DNA of 64,000 nt. Source: Candidatus Parachristensenella avicola (GTDB lineage: Bacteria > Bacillota > Clostridia > Christensenellales > UMGS416). This document shows positions 12,026 through 21,715 of the stretch, piece by piece; position 1 is the stretch's first letter; each line of letters begins with the position of its first letter. The notes below the pieces were generated by a model that saw nothing but the letters and a program-made list of their open reading frames with translations, did no database searches and was not told the origin of the DNA. The position numbers and the translations under genes were made by a program. The stretch is taken from positions 129,409-193,408 of the forward strand of contig CAJFUN010000023.1 of assembly GCA_904420205.1 (NCBI GenBank). Direction: 5' to 3'.

Positions 12026-12343
12026 AAATCCCTTTCATCCCCAAGAGGGCGGGCCGGTTGGCTCACCCTTTTTTATCTGATACAGGGGAAAAGGAGAGAA
12101 AAGTAAGGAAAGGTAAGAAAAGTAAATGGATGAATAAGTTAACCTTTTTCACCGATCGTTTTGTCGTTCCCGCTACCGGTCAAACGCCATGTAATCCTAT
12201 ACAAATCGCCTGTCTCTAATTTTAGCATCGTTGGTAAATTTTGTCTAAGTTGTTATCCAACGGCCAGCGCGGGAGGGGGTGGAGCATAGAGCGCAGAAGA
12301 AGCTGCAACGATCATAGGGGTACAATAAAAGGAGGAGTATCAC

Positions 12344-15300
12344 ATGAAAAGAAGAAAAAGCGGGTTTTGCCGGATTCATCGGCTGCTGGCGGCTGTGTTG
12401 GGACTGATGTTGACGGCCGCATGCGGATTGACCCTGGGGCTGGCTGGAGGGACACGGCTGGCCTTAGCAGAGACCACTGCGCCAGGGGATACCACAACGC
12501 CCGACGGGACAACAACGGCGCCGGCCAACCAGCCGGATGCGACGGAGCCACAAAGCACAGCAGGAACAACGGCAGCCGAAACAACGGCAACGGCAGCCGA
12601 AACAACGGCAACGGCGGCTGAAACAACGGCAACGGCGGCTGAAACAACGACGGCGGCTGAAACAACGACGGCGGCTGAAACAACGACAGCGCTGCCGGCC
12701 CGGGCGCCGGCCAACCAGGCTGATTCTGGCGCCATTGATGGCTATGCGCCGGAAGGGATGCGGAACCTGGCGCCCAGCGCGGTGGCGGTCGAGGCATCCT
12801 CCAGCTATGAAATGGTTTCAGAAGGCTGGAGTAAAGAGTTCATCAAGGATGGTAAATTGGGCTTTGCCGGCAGTGCGCTTGCCGATCCGAGGGGATGGAG
12901 CACCAACCCCTATGATACCGAGACAAAGGCCGAGGCTCCGGCCTGGATCCGGTTGCAGCTGGATGACGATTATATGATCAGCCGCATAGTCCTGTTCCCG
13001 CGTAGCGATGGTGATGTCTATGGTGATTGCTTCCCAATGGCTTATACGCTGCGTATATCTACAGATGGCGTTTCCTATTCCGATGTCATAACAAAGGAGG
13101 AATCCGGCCTGCCGGAGGAGCCGGTGGTGATTGACCTGGGCAGGCCGGTCGAGGCCCGATATGTGGAGCTATATGTCAGCCTGCGCTATGACCAGGATTC
13201 CATTGGCGGAGGTACGGGAAACGATGGCAAGCTGGTGCAGCTTTCGGAGCTTGCAATATTTGGCCAAGACACGCCGGAAGCCTTTGATCCGGCCGATATC
13301 GATTCCTACGCACCCAAGGGCACGACAAATCTGGCCCTGAAGGCGGCGGCTTCAGCGTTGTCCACCTATGAACCGACCGATGTTCCGGTATGGAGTATTC
13401 GCTTTTTGAATAACGGCGTGATCGGTGAGGACGGATGGTCGACAAACCCCTTTGTAGTAGAGGGCGAGACAGTCCCGACCTGGGCGCAACTGGATTTAGG
13501 CGCCAATTATGCCATGGATCGGGTGGTGCTTTTCCCCAAGGGCAGTTTCCCGGTAGACTATGAACTACAGGTTTCTCTGGATGGTAATGCGTTTGAAACC
13601 GTACACCGGGTTACGGGGCAGGTACCCCCGGACGAGCCGGTAGTGGCCGACCTGCCCCAGGGGACGGAAGGGCGATATGTAAGGCTTTATGTAACCAGAC
13701 GGGGCGGTGACGCAGATCCGCAGGGCGGTATGCTGGTACAGCTTTCAGAGCTTGCTGTTTTCGGCAGGGTGGGCAGCGTAACGGTGGGCGTCAACAAGCC
13801 GGCGTTGCTCCTAACGCCTGGCATGACTGAAACGCTTAAGGCAGAGGTCGTGAAGAATGAATCCGATCAGGTAGAGCTTATCTGGAGCAGTGATCGGACG
13901 GATGTTGCCACGGTGGATGAGAACGGCCTGGTGAGAGCAGTAGCTGCTGGCGAAGCGACTATTACGCTGACCGAAAAGGTGCATAATGTGACCGCTAGCT
14001 GTACAGTCCATGTGCAGGATAGCGTGGACTGGGCCAGTGACCAGTTTATGATCTCTGTTTTCTGGCCGCCCACCAAGGATTATGTAACCGACGAACATTA
14101 TAAGGCTATGGCTGACGCTGGAATTGACTATGTCAACAATGTGACAGGCAATGATCTAAATGACAAGGAAACCAACCTGAAGATGGCGGAGCTGGCCTTT
14201 AAGTATGGTATGCAGGTTTCCGTGGCCGATCATCGCTTCGGCGGCAACCTGACCGGCATGACCGATGAGCAGATTCAGGAGCTGGTGCAGGAATACACCA
14301 ACGTGCCCGGCGTCGGTGGATTCTATATCCTGGATGAACCCTGGAATGCCAATCCCTATGCCCGAATCTTTAACGCTATGAAAGCGGTTGCGCCCCAATA
14401 TTATGCCCACCTGAATTTCCTCCCGAATATCTATGGCTCAGAGGAAGCCTATGAGCGGCAGATGAGCGATTGGCTCAGCTTGACCGGCGGCCAGGATTAC
14501 CTGATGTATGATCGCTATCCCTTCAGCTGGGCCGAGGGTTCGCTGGATTACGCCGGTATGCTGTCCAATATGAAATCGGTGTGGAAGGTAGGCCTTGCCC
14601 ATAACGTAAAAACTGGTATGTACCTGCAATCCATAGGCGTAGTGGGCAATTTCCGCCGGACGAATCCGGCCGAGATCCGTTATGAAGCCAATATGGCTAT
14701 GGCCTATGGCTTTAAGCAGCTCTCCTATTTTACCTGGTGGACGCCTACGAACCGGAGTGAGAACTTTACAAACGGCATTATTACCCCGGAAGGGCAGAAA
14801 ACCGACCTGTACGAACCAGTCAAGCAGCTCAACCGCGAGATTCATGCCCTGGGCCGCACCCTGATGGACCTGGATGCTAAGGAGATCTACCTGAACGGCG
14901 AAACCTGGGGGCAGCAGGCCGTGCCCGAGCACTTCTTTGTCCAGGCGCTATCCGACGATAACCTGACCTTCTCCTACATGCGCCATAAGAAAACCGGGCG
15001 CAATTATCTCTTTGTGGTCAATAATTCCTTCTCTGAGGAGAAGGACGTGACGCTGGCCTTCGACGGCGCGATTACCTCGCTCCAGGAGGTTGACCGGCAA
15101 AGCGGCAGCCTGAAGCCAGCCGCGCTGAAGGATGGTAAGCTGTCGCTGCACCTGCCCAAGGGTGAAGGCTATCTTTTCGTGCTGCCAGAGGGATATGATT
15201 ATGAAAAGGCCAATACCGATCCCACGCCGGTAAATCAGAACCTTGCGCTGGGCAAGACGGCCAGCGCGCCCAGCTCCCTGGGAGAGAACGGGTGGTTTAT

Positions 15301-17170
15301 TTCCAATGTAACTGATGGCAAACGCTTTACGGAAAACAGCGTGAACGGCTGGAGTACGGAAAAAGCTGACGCATCCTTTTCAGTTGCGCTGATGGTGGAT
15401 TTAGGCCGGGTAGAAACGGTTAACCGTGTGGATCTGTATCCAGCGGGAAATTCCTTGGAATACGGCGCGACATTCCCGCGGAGCTTTAGCCTTGACGTGT
15501 CCGAGGATGGCAAGACCTGGAATACCGTAAAGACAGTGGAGGGGATGGATGCGCCGGATGCAGCCTTAAGCTATGCGATTAATGATACCAGCGCTCGGTA
15601 CGTCCGCCTTTCGATCACGGAGATGAATGCCCACAGCGGGAAGTTCTCCGCGGCACTGAATGAGATTGAGGTATACTATGATGACGGCAATACCCCTGCG
15701 CCCGCTGCGCCGGAGGCGGAACCGCTTGACCCTTATATAGAAGGGGAGAATATCGCCAAAGCAAAGCCGGTTATTGTGTCTTCAACTACGCCTGACGCTA
15801 CCTATGAGCAGTGGGGATGGGCCAGCAAGTTCCTGGTGGACGAGGATCTCAGTAAGGGCTGGACCAGCAATATTAAGCTGCATAACGACGAGCTGGCGGA
15901 GGAGTGGGCGGCGGTCAGCCTGGGAGCGCCCTTCAATGTATCGTGCGTGGAGCTTTACGCCACCGGTACCTTCGCGGTGGATTATCAGGTTCAGTTGTCG
16001 CTGGATGGCAGGCAGTGGACGACGATTGCCGATGTAAAGGACGATGACGGCAGCAAGGACGCGCCGCGGGTCTATACGCTGGATACGCCGGTCAAGGCGG
16101 CTTATATCCGAATGATCAGTTCCAAGCTCCGCTTGGGCGGCGCGGATGGCTACCTGATGCAGGTGGCCGAGATCAAGGCCTATGGCACCCCGGCTACCGA
16201 TAAGACGGCGTTGGCAGACGCACTGGATGCAGCGCAGGCGCTGGACGAGCAGGACTATACGCCCCAAAGCTGGGCTGCGCTGGCAGAGGCCCTGAAGGCA
16301 GGCCAGGATGTAATGAACGCACCCTATGCCTATCAGTATGAGGCCGATCAGGCGGCGGGTGAAGTAAACCGTTTGATTAAAGCTCTTTCTGCCCGGGCGC
16401 AGTTCGGCGCCTTGGAGGTGGCTGTCGCGCAGGCAGAAGCCATACAGGATTTGCAGCGGTACACACCCAAGAGCGTGGCAGCTTTCAAGAATGCGCTGGC
16501 AGACGCCCAGGCGATGATGCAGAACCTGAATGCAACGCAGGCGGAGGTGGATCAGATTCGGGATGCATTAAATGGAGCAATGACAGGGCTAGGACTGAAG
16601 GCGCAGAAAGCAAACCTGCAGGAGACCATTGCCGAGGCAAAGGCGCTGAAGCAGACAGATTATACGCAGGAGAGCCTTCAAGCTGTGATGGATGCATTGG
16701 CGGAAGCAGAAAAGGTGGGACTGGACGAGAACGCCGGGCAACAGGCCGTGGACGAGGCCAACCAGCGGCTGAAGGAAGCGCTGAAGGCGCTGACGCTCAA
16801 ACCGGCGCAGACCCAGGCGCTGGCGGACGCCATCGCGGCGGCCGGGGCCTTGACAGAAGCAAACTATACGGCTGAAAGCTGGGCGGCGCTGCAGCGTGCG
16901 CTGACGGCCGCCCGGGAGCTGATGGCCCGCGATGAGCTGACTGTGCGCGACCAGGCCACGGTGGACGCAGCGCTGGAGGTGCTGACGGCGGCGCAAAAGG
17001 CCCTGCAGCCCGAAAAGAGCGAAACGACAACTACGGTGCAGGCAACGGGGGCAGACGCGGTAAAGACCGGCGATACCATGGCGGCAGGGTGGCTGGCTGC
17101 CCTCGCCGCGGTAAGCGGCGCGCTGCTGGCTGCGCTGCTTGTGGCCAAGCGCCGGAGCAGCAGGCAATAG
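12344..17170 (+). CDS. Giant secreted multidomain surface protein: signal peptide, ETT-rich linker, F5/8-type C-like modules, Big2, TIM-barrel glycosidase-like core, F5/8-type C-like modules, FIVAR-like repeats, C-terminal TM anchor
   Basis: 1608 aa; KVHNVTASCTVHV (Big2-like); VPGVGGFYILDEPWNANPY...FTWWTPTNRSE (glycosidase-like); three copies of an LxxxIAxAxxLxxxxYTxESWxxLxxAL pattern; C-terminus KTGDTMAAGWLAALAAVSGALLAALLVAKRRSSRQ. Confidence 0.8.
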   Translation: MKRRKSGFCRIHRLLAAVLGLMLTAACGLTLGLAGGTRLALAETTAPGDTTTPDGTTTAPANQPDATEPQSTAGTTAAETTATAAETTATAAETTATAAETTTAAETTTAAETTTALPARAPANQADSGAIDGYAPEGMRNLAPSAVAVEASSSYEMVSEGWSKEFIKDGKLGFAGSALADPRGWSTNPYDTETKAEAPAWIRLQLDDDYMISRIVLFPRSDGDVYGDCFPMAYTLRISTDGVSYSDVITKEESGLPEEPVVIDLGRPVEARYVELYVSLRYDQDSIGGGTGNDGKLVQLSELAIFGQDTPEAFDPADIDSYAPKGTTNLALKAAASALSTYEPTDVPVWSIRFLNNGVIGEDGWSTNPFVVEGETVPTWAQLDLGANYAMDRVVLFPKGSFPVDYELQVSLDGNAFETVHRVTGQVPPDEPVVADLPQGTEGRYVRLYVTRRGGDADPQGGMLVQLSELAVFGRVGSVTVGVNKPALLLTPGMTETLKAEVVKNESDQVELIWSSDRTDVATVDENGLVRAVAAGEATITLTEKVHNVTASCTVHVQDSVDWASDQFMISVFWPPTKDYVTDEHYKAMADAGIDYVNNVTGNDLNDKETNLKMAELAFKYGMQVSVADHRFGGNLTGMTDEQIQELVQEYTNVPGVGGFYILDEPWNANPYARIFNAMKAVAPQYYAHLNFLPNIYGSEEAYERQMSDWLSLTGGQDYLMYDRYPFSWAEGSLDYAGMLSNMKSVWKVGLAHNVKTGMYLQSIGVVGNFRRTNPAEIRYEANMAMAYGFKQLSYFTWWTPTNRSENFTNGIITPEGQKTDLYEPVKQLNREIHALGRTLMDLDAKEIYLNGETWGQQAVPEHFFVQALSDDNLTFSYMRHKKTGRNYLFVVNNSFSEEKDVTLAFDGAITSLQEVDRQSGSLKPAALKDGKLSLHLPKGEGYLFVLPEGYDYEKANTDPTPVNQNLALGKTASAPSSLGENGWFISNVTDGKRFTENSVNGWSTEKADASFSVALMVDLGRVETVNRVDLYPAGNSLEYGATFPRSFSLDVSEDGKTWNTVKTVEGMDAPDAALSYAINDTSARYVRLSITEMNAHSGKFSAALNEIEVYYDDGNTPAPAAPEAEPLDPYIEGENIAKAKPVIVSSTTPDATYEQWGWASKFLVDEDLSKGWTSNIKLHNDELAEEWAAVSLGAPFNVSCVELYATGTFAVDYQVQLSLDGRQWTTIADVKDDDGSKDAPRVYTLDTPVKAAYIRMISSKLRLGGADGYLMQVAEIKAYGTPATDKTALADALDAAQALDEQDYTPQSWAALAEALKAGQDVMNAPYAYQYEADQAAGEVNRLIKALSARAQFGALEVAVAQAEAIQDLQRYTPKSVAAFKNALADAQAMMQNLNATQAEVDQIRDALNGAMTGLGLKAQKANLQETIAEAKALKQTDYTQESLQAVMDALAEAEKVGLDENAGQQAVDEANQRLKEALKALTLKPAQTQALADAIAAAGALTEANYTAESWAALQRALTAARELMARDELTVRDQATVDAALEVLTAAQKALQPEKSETTTTVQATGADAVKTGDTMAAGWLAALAAVSGALLAALLVAKRRSSRQ
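12565..12690 (+). repeat. In-frame tandem repeat encoding (T)AAETT linker units
   Basis: Repeated gcagccgaaacaacggcaacg / gcggctgaaacaacgac units. Confidence 0.9.
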
Positions 17171-17200
17171 CGGCTGGGCGCCGAAGCCGGTAAACCCAAA

Positions 17201-17229
17201 GGGGGCTCCATCGAAAAGATGGAGCCCCC
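17201..17229. terminator. Bidirectional intrinsic terminator between convergent genes
   Basis: GGGGGCTCCATC-gaaaa-GATGGAGCCCCC, 12-bp perfect stem. Confidence 0.7.
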
Positions 17230-17245
17230 TTCGTCGTGCCGCCGG

Positions 17246-19141
17246 TTAGACCGTATCCCTGGGAGCGGCATAGTACTGGGCTTGGGCAAGCCAGAGCGCA
17301 TAATACTTTCCGGAGGGATCAAGCACCAGCGTGTCATGGCGGCCCTGCTGGACGATACGCCCACCGTCGAATACTAGAATGTCATCGCAGAAACGGCAGC
17401 TTGAAAGCCGGTGTGAAATGTAAATTGCCGTTTTATCGCCGACAATTTCATTAAACCGGGCGTAGATTTCAGCCTCGGCAATGGGATCCAAGGCGACGGT
17501 CGGTTCGTCGAGTACGATAAAGGGCGCGTTTTTATATAGGGCGCGGGCTATGGCAATCTTCTGGGCTTCGCCGCCGGAAACCGCTACGCCGTTTTGATCC
17601 AGATCCTTGTAAAGATAGTCTTCCAGGCTCATCGTATCCAGCTTTTCACCAAAACCCGCCTCCACCAGGCAGGCGCGGACTCGCGCGGCGTCATAGCGCC
17701 TGGAGGCGGCTACGTTTTGCCCCAACGGGAGGGCAAAAAGCATAAAATCCTGAAAGACGACGGAGAAAATGGAAAGATACTCTAAATAGCGATATTTGCG
17801 GATATCAATGCCATTAAGTAAAATCTGGCCCTCGGTAGGATCGTATAGGCGGCAGAGCAGCTTGATAAAGGTCGTCTTGCCAGAGCCGTTTTCCCCGACT
17901 ACGGCCATGCGCTTGCCGATTTCAAACTTCATGGATATATGGCGCAGGGCCCAAGATTGGGTGCCGGGATAGCGGAAGGATACGTCCCGGAATTCAATCT
18001 CATACTTGCGGTCGGAGCGTTTCTCCACAGTGAGGCTACCCTGATACATGGCGTTGGGGATATCCAGAAAGGTAAAGAGGGTATCCAGGAAGGGCGCGTT
18101 ATTCACCATGGCCCCAAGGGCGGTAAACAAACCGGCTATACTGCTGGACAGGGTGGTGATGGCGCTCACATACTGGGTGATGGAACCCACGCCGAAAGCG
18201 CCGCCATAAGCCTTAAGCCCCACATAGACGTATACGACGCCGACAAATAAGGTGGTGACAGCGGCGGAGGCGGCCTTCAGGAAACCTCCGGATTTTCGGG
18301 CGTAGCGGGCGAAGGGGCCCTTAGGGCTGAAGGAACTGTCCAGGCCGGAAGCCCACTGCCTGCGGCTGAGGATATCTTGCCGGTAGATGCGGATATCCAG
18401 GGCGCGGGCGCGATCCTGGCCCAGGCTCCCGAAGTAGAAAAACAGGCGGTTTCCAAACCTGGCCTCAGCCATTCCCTCTGCCCAGTAGGCCTCGGCTCGA
18501 TTGGAAAGGAAGGCGGAAAGCAGCACGGCCAACAATAGAGCCAGCAGCACCAGCAGGGCAAACAGCGGATGATTCAGCAGCGCAAGGGCTCCAGCAGTGG
18601 AGGGCACCGGCAGGAGAAACAGCGAAATGGTCAGGGCGATGGCTCCGCCGGCCCTGCAAAGGTTCTTGGCCAAGCGCTGGAAGCAGGAGACAGACTTCAC
18701 CAGGCCCCAACCGCCCCAGTTCGCATTTTGCGTGACCTGTGATAAAAGGTCATGGGTGCGGGGATCATCCATAGAGGCAAAGTCAAGCGTCAGCATCTTT
18801 TGCGACAAAATATGCTGTAAATGCAGAAAAATCTTTTTCTGGTGCACCTGCTCCCAACGATTCAGGAGGGCGGTGACCAGGGATGCGGCGGCGGTGATGA
18901 GGATGACCGCTAGCACCAGATGCGTAAGCCTTCCGGGATCCCGGCCAGATGAAAGCTCATTGAGGATCTGGGCCGAATACCAGATGGGTACATAAAGGGT
19001 AAAGGCGGCGGCAAGGCGATGGCATGCGATGGAAAGTAGGATAGCCGGATCCTGACGCCAGATCAGCGAATAGGCACGGAAGTTCAGCCGCAGGGCGGCC
19101 TTCGTTGAGCGGTTGCCTTCTTGCCTTTTATTACGCTTCAT
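17246..19141 (-). CDS. ABC transporter, fused permease/ATP-binding protein (heterodimer subunit)
   Basis: Walker A VVGENGSGKTTFIKLL, signature VSGGEAQKIAIARALYK, Walker B PFIVLDEPTVALDP. Confidence 0.93.
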   Translation of the reverse strand: MKRNKRQEGNRSTKAALRLNFRAYSLIWRQDPAILLSIACHRLAAAFTLYVPIWYSAQILNELSSGRDPGRLTHLVLAVILITAAASLVTALLNRWEQVHQKKIFLHLQHILSQKMLTLDFASMDDPRTHDLLSQVTQNANWGGWGLVKSVSCFQRLAKNLCRAGGAIALTISLFLLPVPSTAGALALLNHPLFALLVLLALLLAVLLSAFLSNRAEAYWAEGMAEARFGNRLFFYFGSLGQDRARALDIRIYRQDILSRRQWASGLDSSFSPKGPFARYARKSGGFLKAASAAVTTLFVGVVYVYVGLKAYGGAFGVGSITQYVSAITTLSSSIAGLFTALGAMVNNAPFLDTLFTFLDIPNAMYQGSLTVEKRSDRKYEIEFRDVSFRYPGTQSWALRHISMKFEIGKRMAVVGENGSGKTTFIKLLCRLYDPTEGQILLNGIDIRKYRYLEYLSIFSVVFQDFMLFALPLGQNVAASRRYDAARVRACLVEAGFGEKLDTMSLEDYLYKDLDQNGVAVSGGEAQKIAIARALYKNAPFIVLDEPTVALDPIAEAEIYARFNEIVGDKTAIYISHRLSSCRFCDDILVFDGGRIVQQGRHDTLVLDPSGKYYALWLAQAQYYAAPRDTV

Positions 19142-20954
19142 GGGCCGGCTCTCCTTCCTGATAATAGCGGCTCTGCACTTCAAAGAGGCGGGCATACTCG
19201 CCGCCGCGGCGCAGAAGGGATTCATGGGTTCCTTCTTCGGCAATTATGCCGTTTTTCAAAAGAAGAATCCGGTCGCAGAATCGCGTGGAGGCCAACCGGT
19301 GGGAGATGAAAAGGCTGGTTTTGTTCCGTGAAAGCTCATGATAGCGGCTATAAATATCGCTTTCGGCCAGAGGATCCAGGGCGGCGGTGGGTTCGTCCAG
19401 CACCAGGATCGGCCCATCCTTATAGATGGCGCGGGCCAGCATAAGCCGCTGCAGCTGGCCGCCGGAAAGCTCGACGGCATCTTCATAGACCTCCTTTCCC
19501 AGGTGGGTATCGAGCCCCAAAGGCAGCTCCCGCAGCTTTCCGGCAAGCCCGGCCAAGCTGATGCATGATTCCGCCTTTGCCCGATCGTAGGTATCGCTTT
19601 GCGCTACATTTTCGCCAAGGGTAGCGGCCAGCAGGGAGAAATCCTGGAACACGGCGGAAAAGAGCTTGTAGTACTCGCGCCGGTTGTATTGGCGGATATC
19701 CTGCCCGTTCAGCAAGACGCAGCCGGACGTAGGATCCAGAAAGCCGCAGAGCAGCTTTACCAGCGTGGTTTTGCCTGCGCCGTTCAGGCCGACCAGGGCC
19801 AGCTTCTCCCCAGGGCGGATGGTCAAGGTAAGGTCATGGATCGTATCCGCGGCAGCCTCAGGATAGCGGAAGGTTACATGCGCAAGCTGGAGTTCATAGC
19901 GCTGGGCTGCAGACAGGGGCGCGCCCTCCTCGAAGGCAAAGGGCTCGGGCCAGGTGAGGCATTCCCGCAGGGCGGAAAGGTCGAGGCTGTGCCGGTGCAG
20001 CTCAGAGGCCGTGGACAGAATACCGGTAACCCAGGTGGTGAAACCGCCTATGGCGGAAAAGTAAAGCAGAAACTGGGCGGCGCTGAGGCCCTGACGCAGG
20101 GTAAGGGAGATAAGATAGGCATAGGCCACGCCGTTGCGCAGCAAGGTCAGCAGGATATCGATGACGTCGGTCCCAAGGTAGACGCGCTGGGCCCGGTGAA
20201 TAAAGTGATGATAAGCCCGCAGCGCAGCATTCCCAAGATCGTCCAGCCAGGGTTTCATACCAAAGATGCGGATATCCTTTGCAGCGCGGATATCCTGAGA
20301 AAGGCTGGCAATATGGAAAAACTGCTGCGAGCAGGCGGCCTCCTGCTCGCGGTGGCGGTATTCCCAGCCGTTGATGTGCCGGCTTGCCCCATAACCGGCT
20401 ATGGAAGAGACCAGCGTAATAAGTATGACGACTGGATCCAGCGACGCGATAAGGAGTAGATAAAGGATGAAGCCCAGAACATTCAGCGCCAGGGTTTGCA
20501 GCGTTTCCCATATGATTTCACCGGCGCTGTCATTGTTGTTCAGGGCTTTTTGCGACTTTTTTAGCAAGGCCAGAAAGGCAGGCTGCAGCGTATTGGTATA
20601 GGCCGTTTGGCAGAGCTTGCCGTTAACCTGCGATAGCAGATCGGTACGCACGGCAATTCGATCATAAATGACATTGTCGCCAATATACGCGGTAGCTGCG
20701 CTTACCAGGGTCAGCCCCAAGGTGAACAGTCCTATGGTGGCCAGAAGCTGCCCCAGGGGTACGGCCTGTTCGATCGCGAAGAGCACCTGAGGCGCAGCAA
20801 AAAGGCCCAGCAGGCTGTTGGCCAGGCCAAGGCCAATCTGGGCCAGGCACAGCCAAAGCACGCTTCTGCGCACGCGCCAAGCGGCACGCAGCATAAAGAG
20901 CACATTGGAGGCCGTGCTGAATTTGGGTTTGGATTGATCGGTTTTTCTATGCAT
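19131..20954 (-). CDS. ABC transporter, fused permease/ATP-binding protein (heterodimer subunit)
   Basis: Walker A LVGLNGAGKTTLVKLL, signature LSGGQLQRLMLARAIYKDGPILVLDEPTAALDP; overlaps the next gene by 11 bp. Confidence 0.93.
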   Translation of the reverse strand: MHRKTDQSKPKFSTASNVLFMLRAAWRVRRSVLWLCLAQIGLGLANSLLGLFAAPQVLFAIEQAVPLGQLLATIGLFTLGLTLVSAATAYIGDNVIYDRIAVRTDLLSQVNGKLCQTAYTNTLQPAFLALLKKSQKALNNNDSAGEIIWETLQTLALNVLGFILYLLLIASLDPVVILITLVSSIAGYGASRHINGWEYRHREQEAACSQQFFHIASLSQDIRAAKDIRIFGMKPWLDDLGNAALRAYHHFIHRAQRVYLGTDVIDILLTLLRNGVAYAYLISLTLRQGLSAAQFLLYFSAIGGFTTWVTGILSTASELHRHSLDLSALRECLTWPEPFAFEEGAPLSAAQRYELQLAHVTFRYPEAAADTIHDLTLTIRPGEKLALVGLNGAGKTTLVKLLCGFLDPTSGCVLLNGQDIRQYNRREYYKLFSAVFQDFSLLAATLGENVAQSDTYDRAKAESCISLAGLAGKLRELPLGLDTHLGKEVYEDAVELSGGQLQRLMLARAIYKDGPILVLDEPTAALDPLAESDIYSRYHELSRNKTSLFISHRLASTRFCDRILLLKNGIIAEEGTHESLLRRGGEYARLFEVQSRYYQEGEPAHEA

Positions 20955-21013
20955 CGCGTTTCCCTCCTTGCTGGCTTTATCCTACCGCGGCGGAGCCGAT
21001 AGAGGATGAAGAA

Positions 21014-21047
21014 GGGGACGAACCGCATCGTATGGGGGACGAATCGC
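21014..21047 (-). promoter_or_regulatory. Candidate LytTR-type direct repeat upstream of the ABC exporter genes
   Basis: GGGGACGAACCGC (21014-21026) and GGGGACGAATCGC (21035-21047), 21-bp period, 12/13 identical. Confidence 0.4.
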
Positions 21048-21713
21048 TTATTGGGGTAGCAGTACCTCTGTGGTGAAGGCGCCATCTTCACTGTTGCGGG
21101 TGATATAGCCGCCCAGACGCTCCACCGCCGCGTCCACACGCTGAAGGCCAAAGCCGTGCCCCTGCCCCTTCAGGGAAGCAAACCGGCTGCCCAGCCTGGC
21201 TTGCTTACCCGTGGCCGTCAGGTTGGTAAAGGACATGTAGAGCTGGGTGTTCTTCATCTCCATATAGATGCGGATCATCCGCGCCTCCTGGGGGAGCTTC
21301 ATGCTGGCCTCAATCGCATTATCAAAAAGATTGCCCACGATAACGCACAGGTCGACCTGGGAGGTTGTAAGTTCTACCGGGATATTGGCGTCGATAGTGA
21401 CTGGAATGTCCCGGGAAGCCGCCAGGGAAAGCTTACTGCGCAGGATCGCGTCAGCCATGCGGTTGCCGGTTTTGACTTGTACATCCACAGCGGAAAGATC
21501 AGCGTCCAGCTCGTCCAGGTAACGGCGCAGGGCAGGAAGATCGCCGTCGGCAGCATAGCTTTTCATGGTCTGGATATGGTTTCGGTAATCATGCCGCCAG
21601 CCGCGCATGCGGTGGTACATATTGGCCACCTCGGCATAATGCGTTTCCATCAGCTCGTTCTGATAGGCGGCGATGCGTTTATCGATCAATCGGTTTATCA
21701 GGCCCATGCTGCC
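21048..21713 (-). CDS. GHKL-domain sensor histidine kinase, cytoplasmic
   Basis: MRGWRHDYRNHIQTMKSYA, GNLFDNAIEASMKL, GQGHGFGLQRVDAAVERLGG. The start could extend to 21779. Confidence 0.85.
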   Translation of the reverse strand, partial: GSMGLINRLIDKRIAAYQNELMETHYAEVANMYHRMRGWRHDYRNHIQTMKSYAADGDLPALRRYLDELDADLSAVDVQVKTGNRMADAILRSKLSLAASRDIPVTIDANIPVELTTSQVDLCVIVGNLFDNAIEASMKLPQEARMIRIYMEMKNTQLYMSFTNLTATGKQARLGSRFASLKGQGHGFGLQRVDAAVERLGGYITRNSEDGAFTTEVLLPQ

Positions 21714-21715
21714 TC

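Noticed and set aside
12312-12797. Repetitive minus-strand ORF (LFQPPLPLFRL...) and the repetitive ORF 12241-12621 on plus
   Set aside because: Products of reading the ETT-linker tandem repeat in other frames or strand; no independent SD/terminator support.
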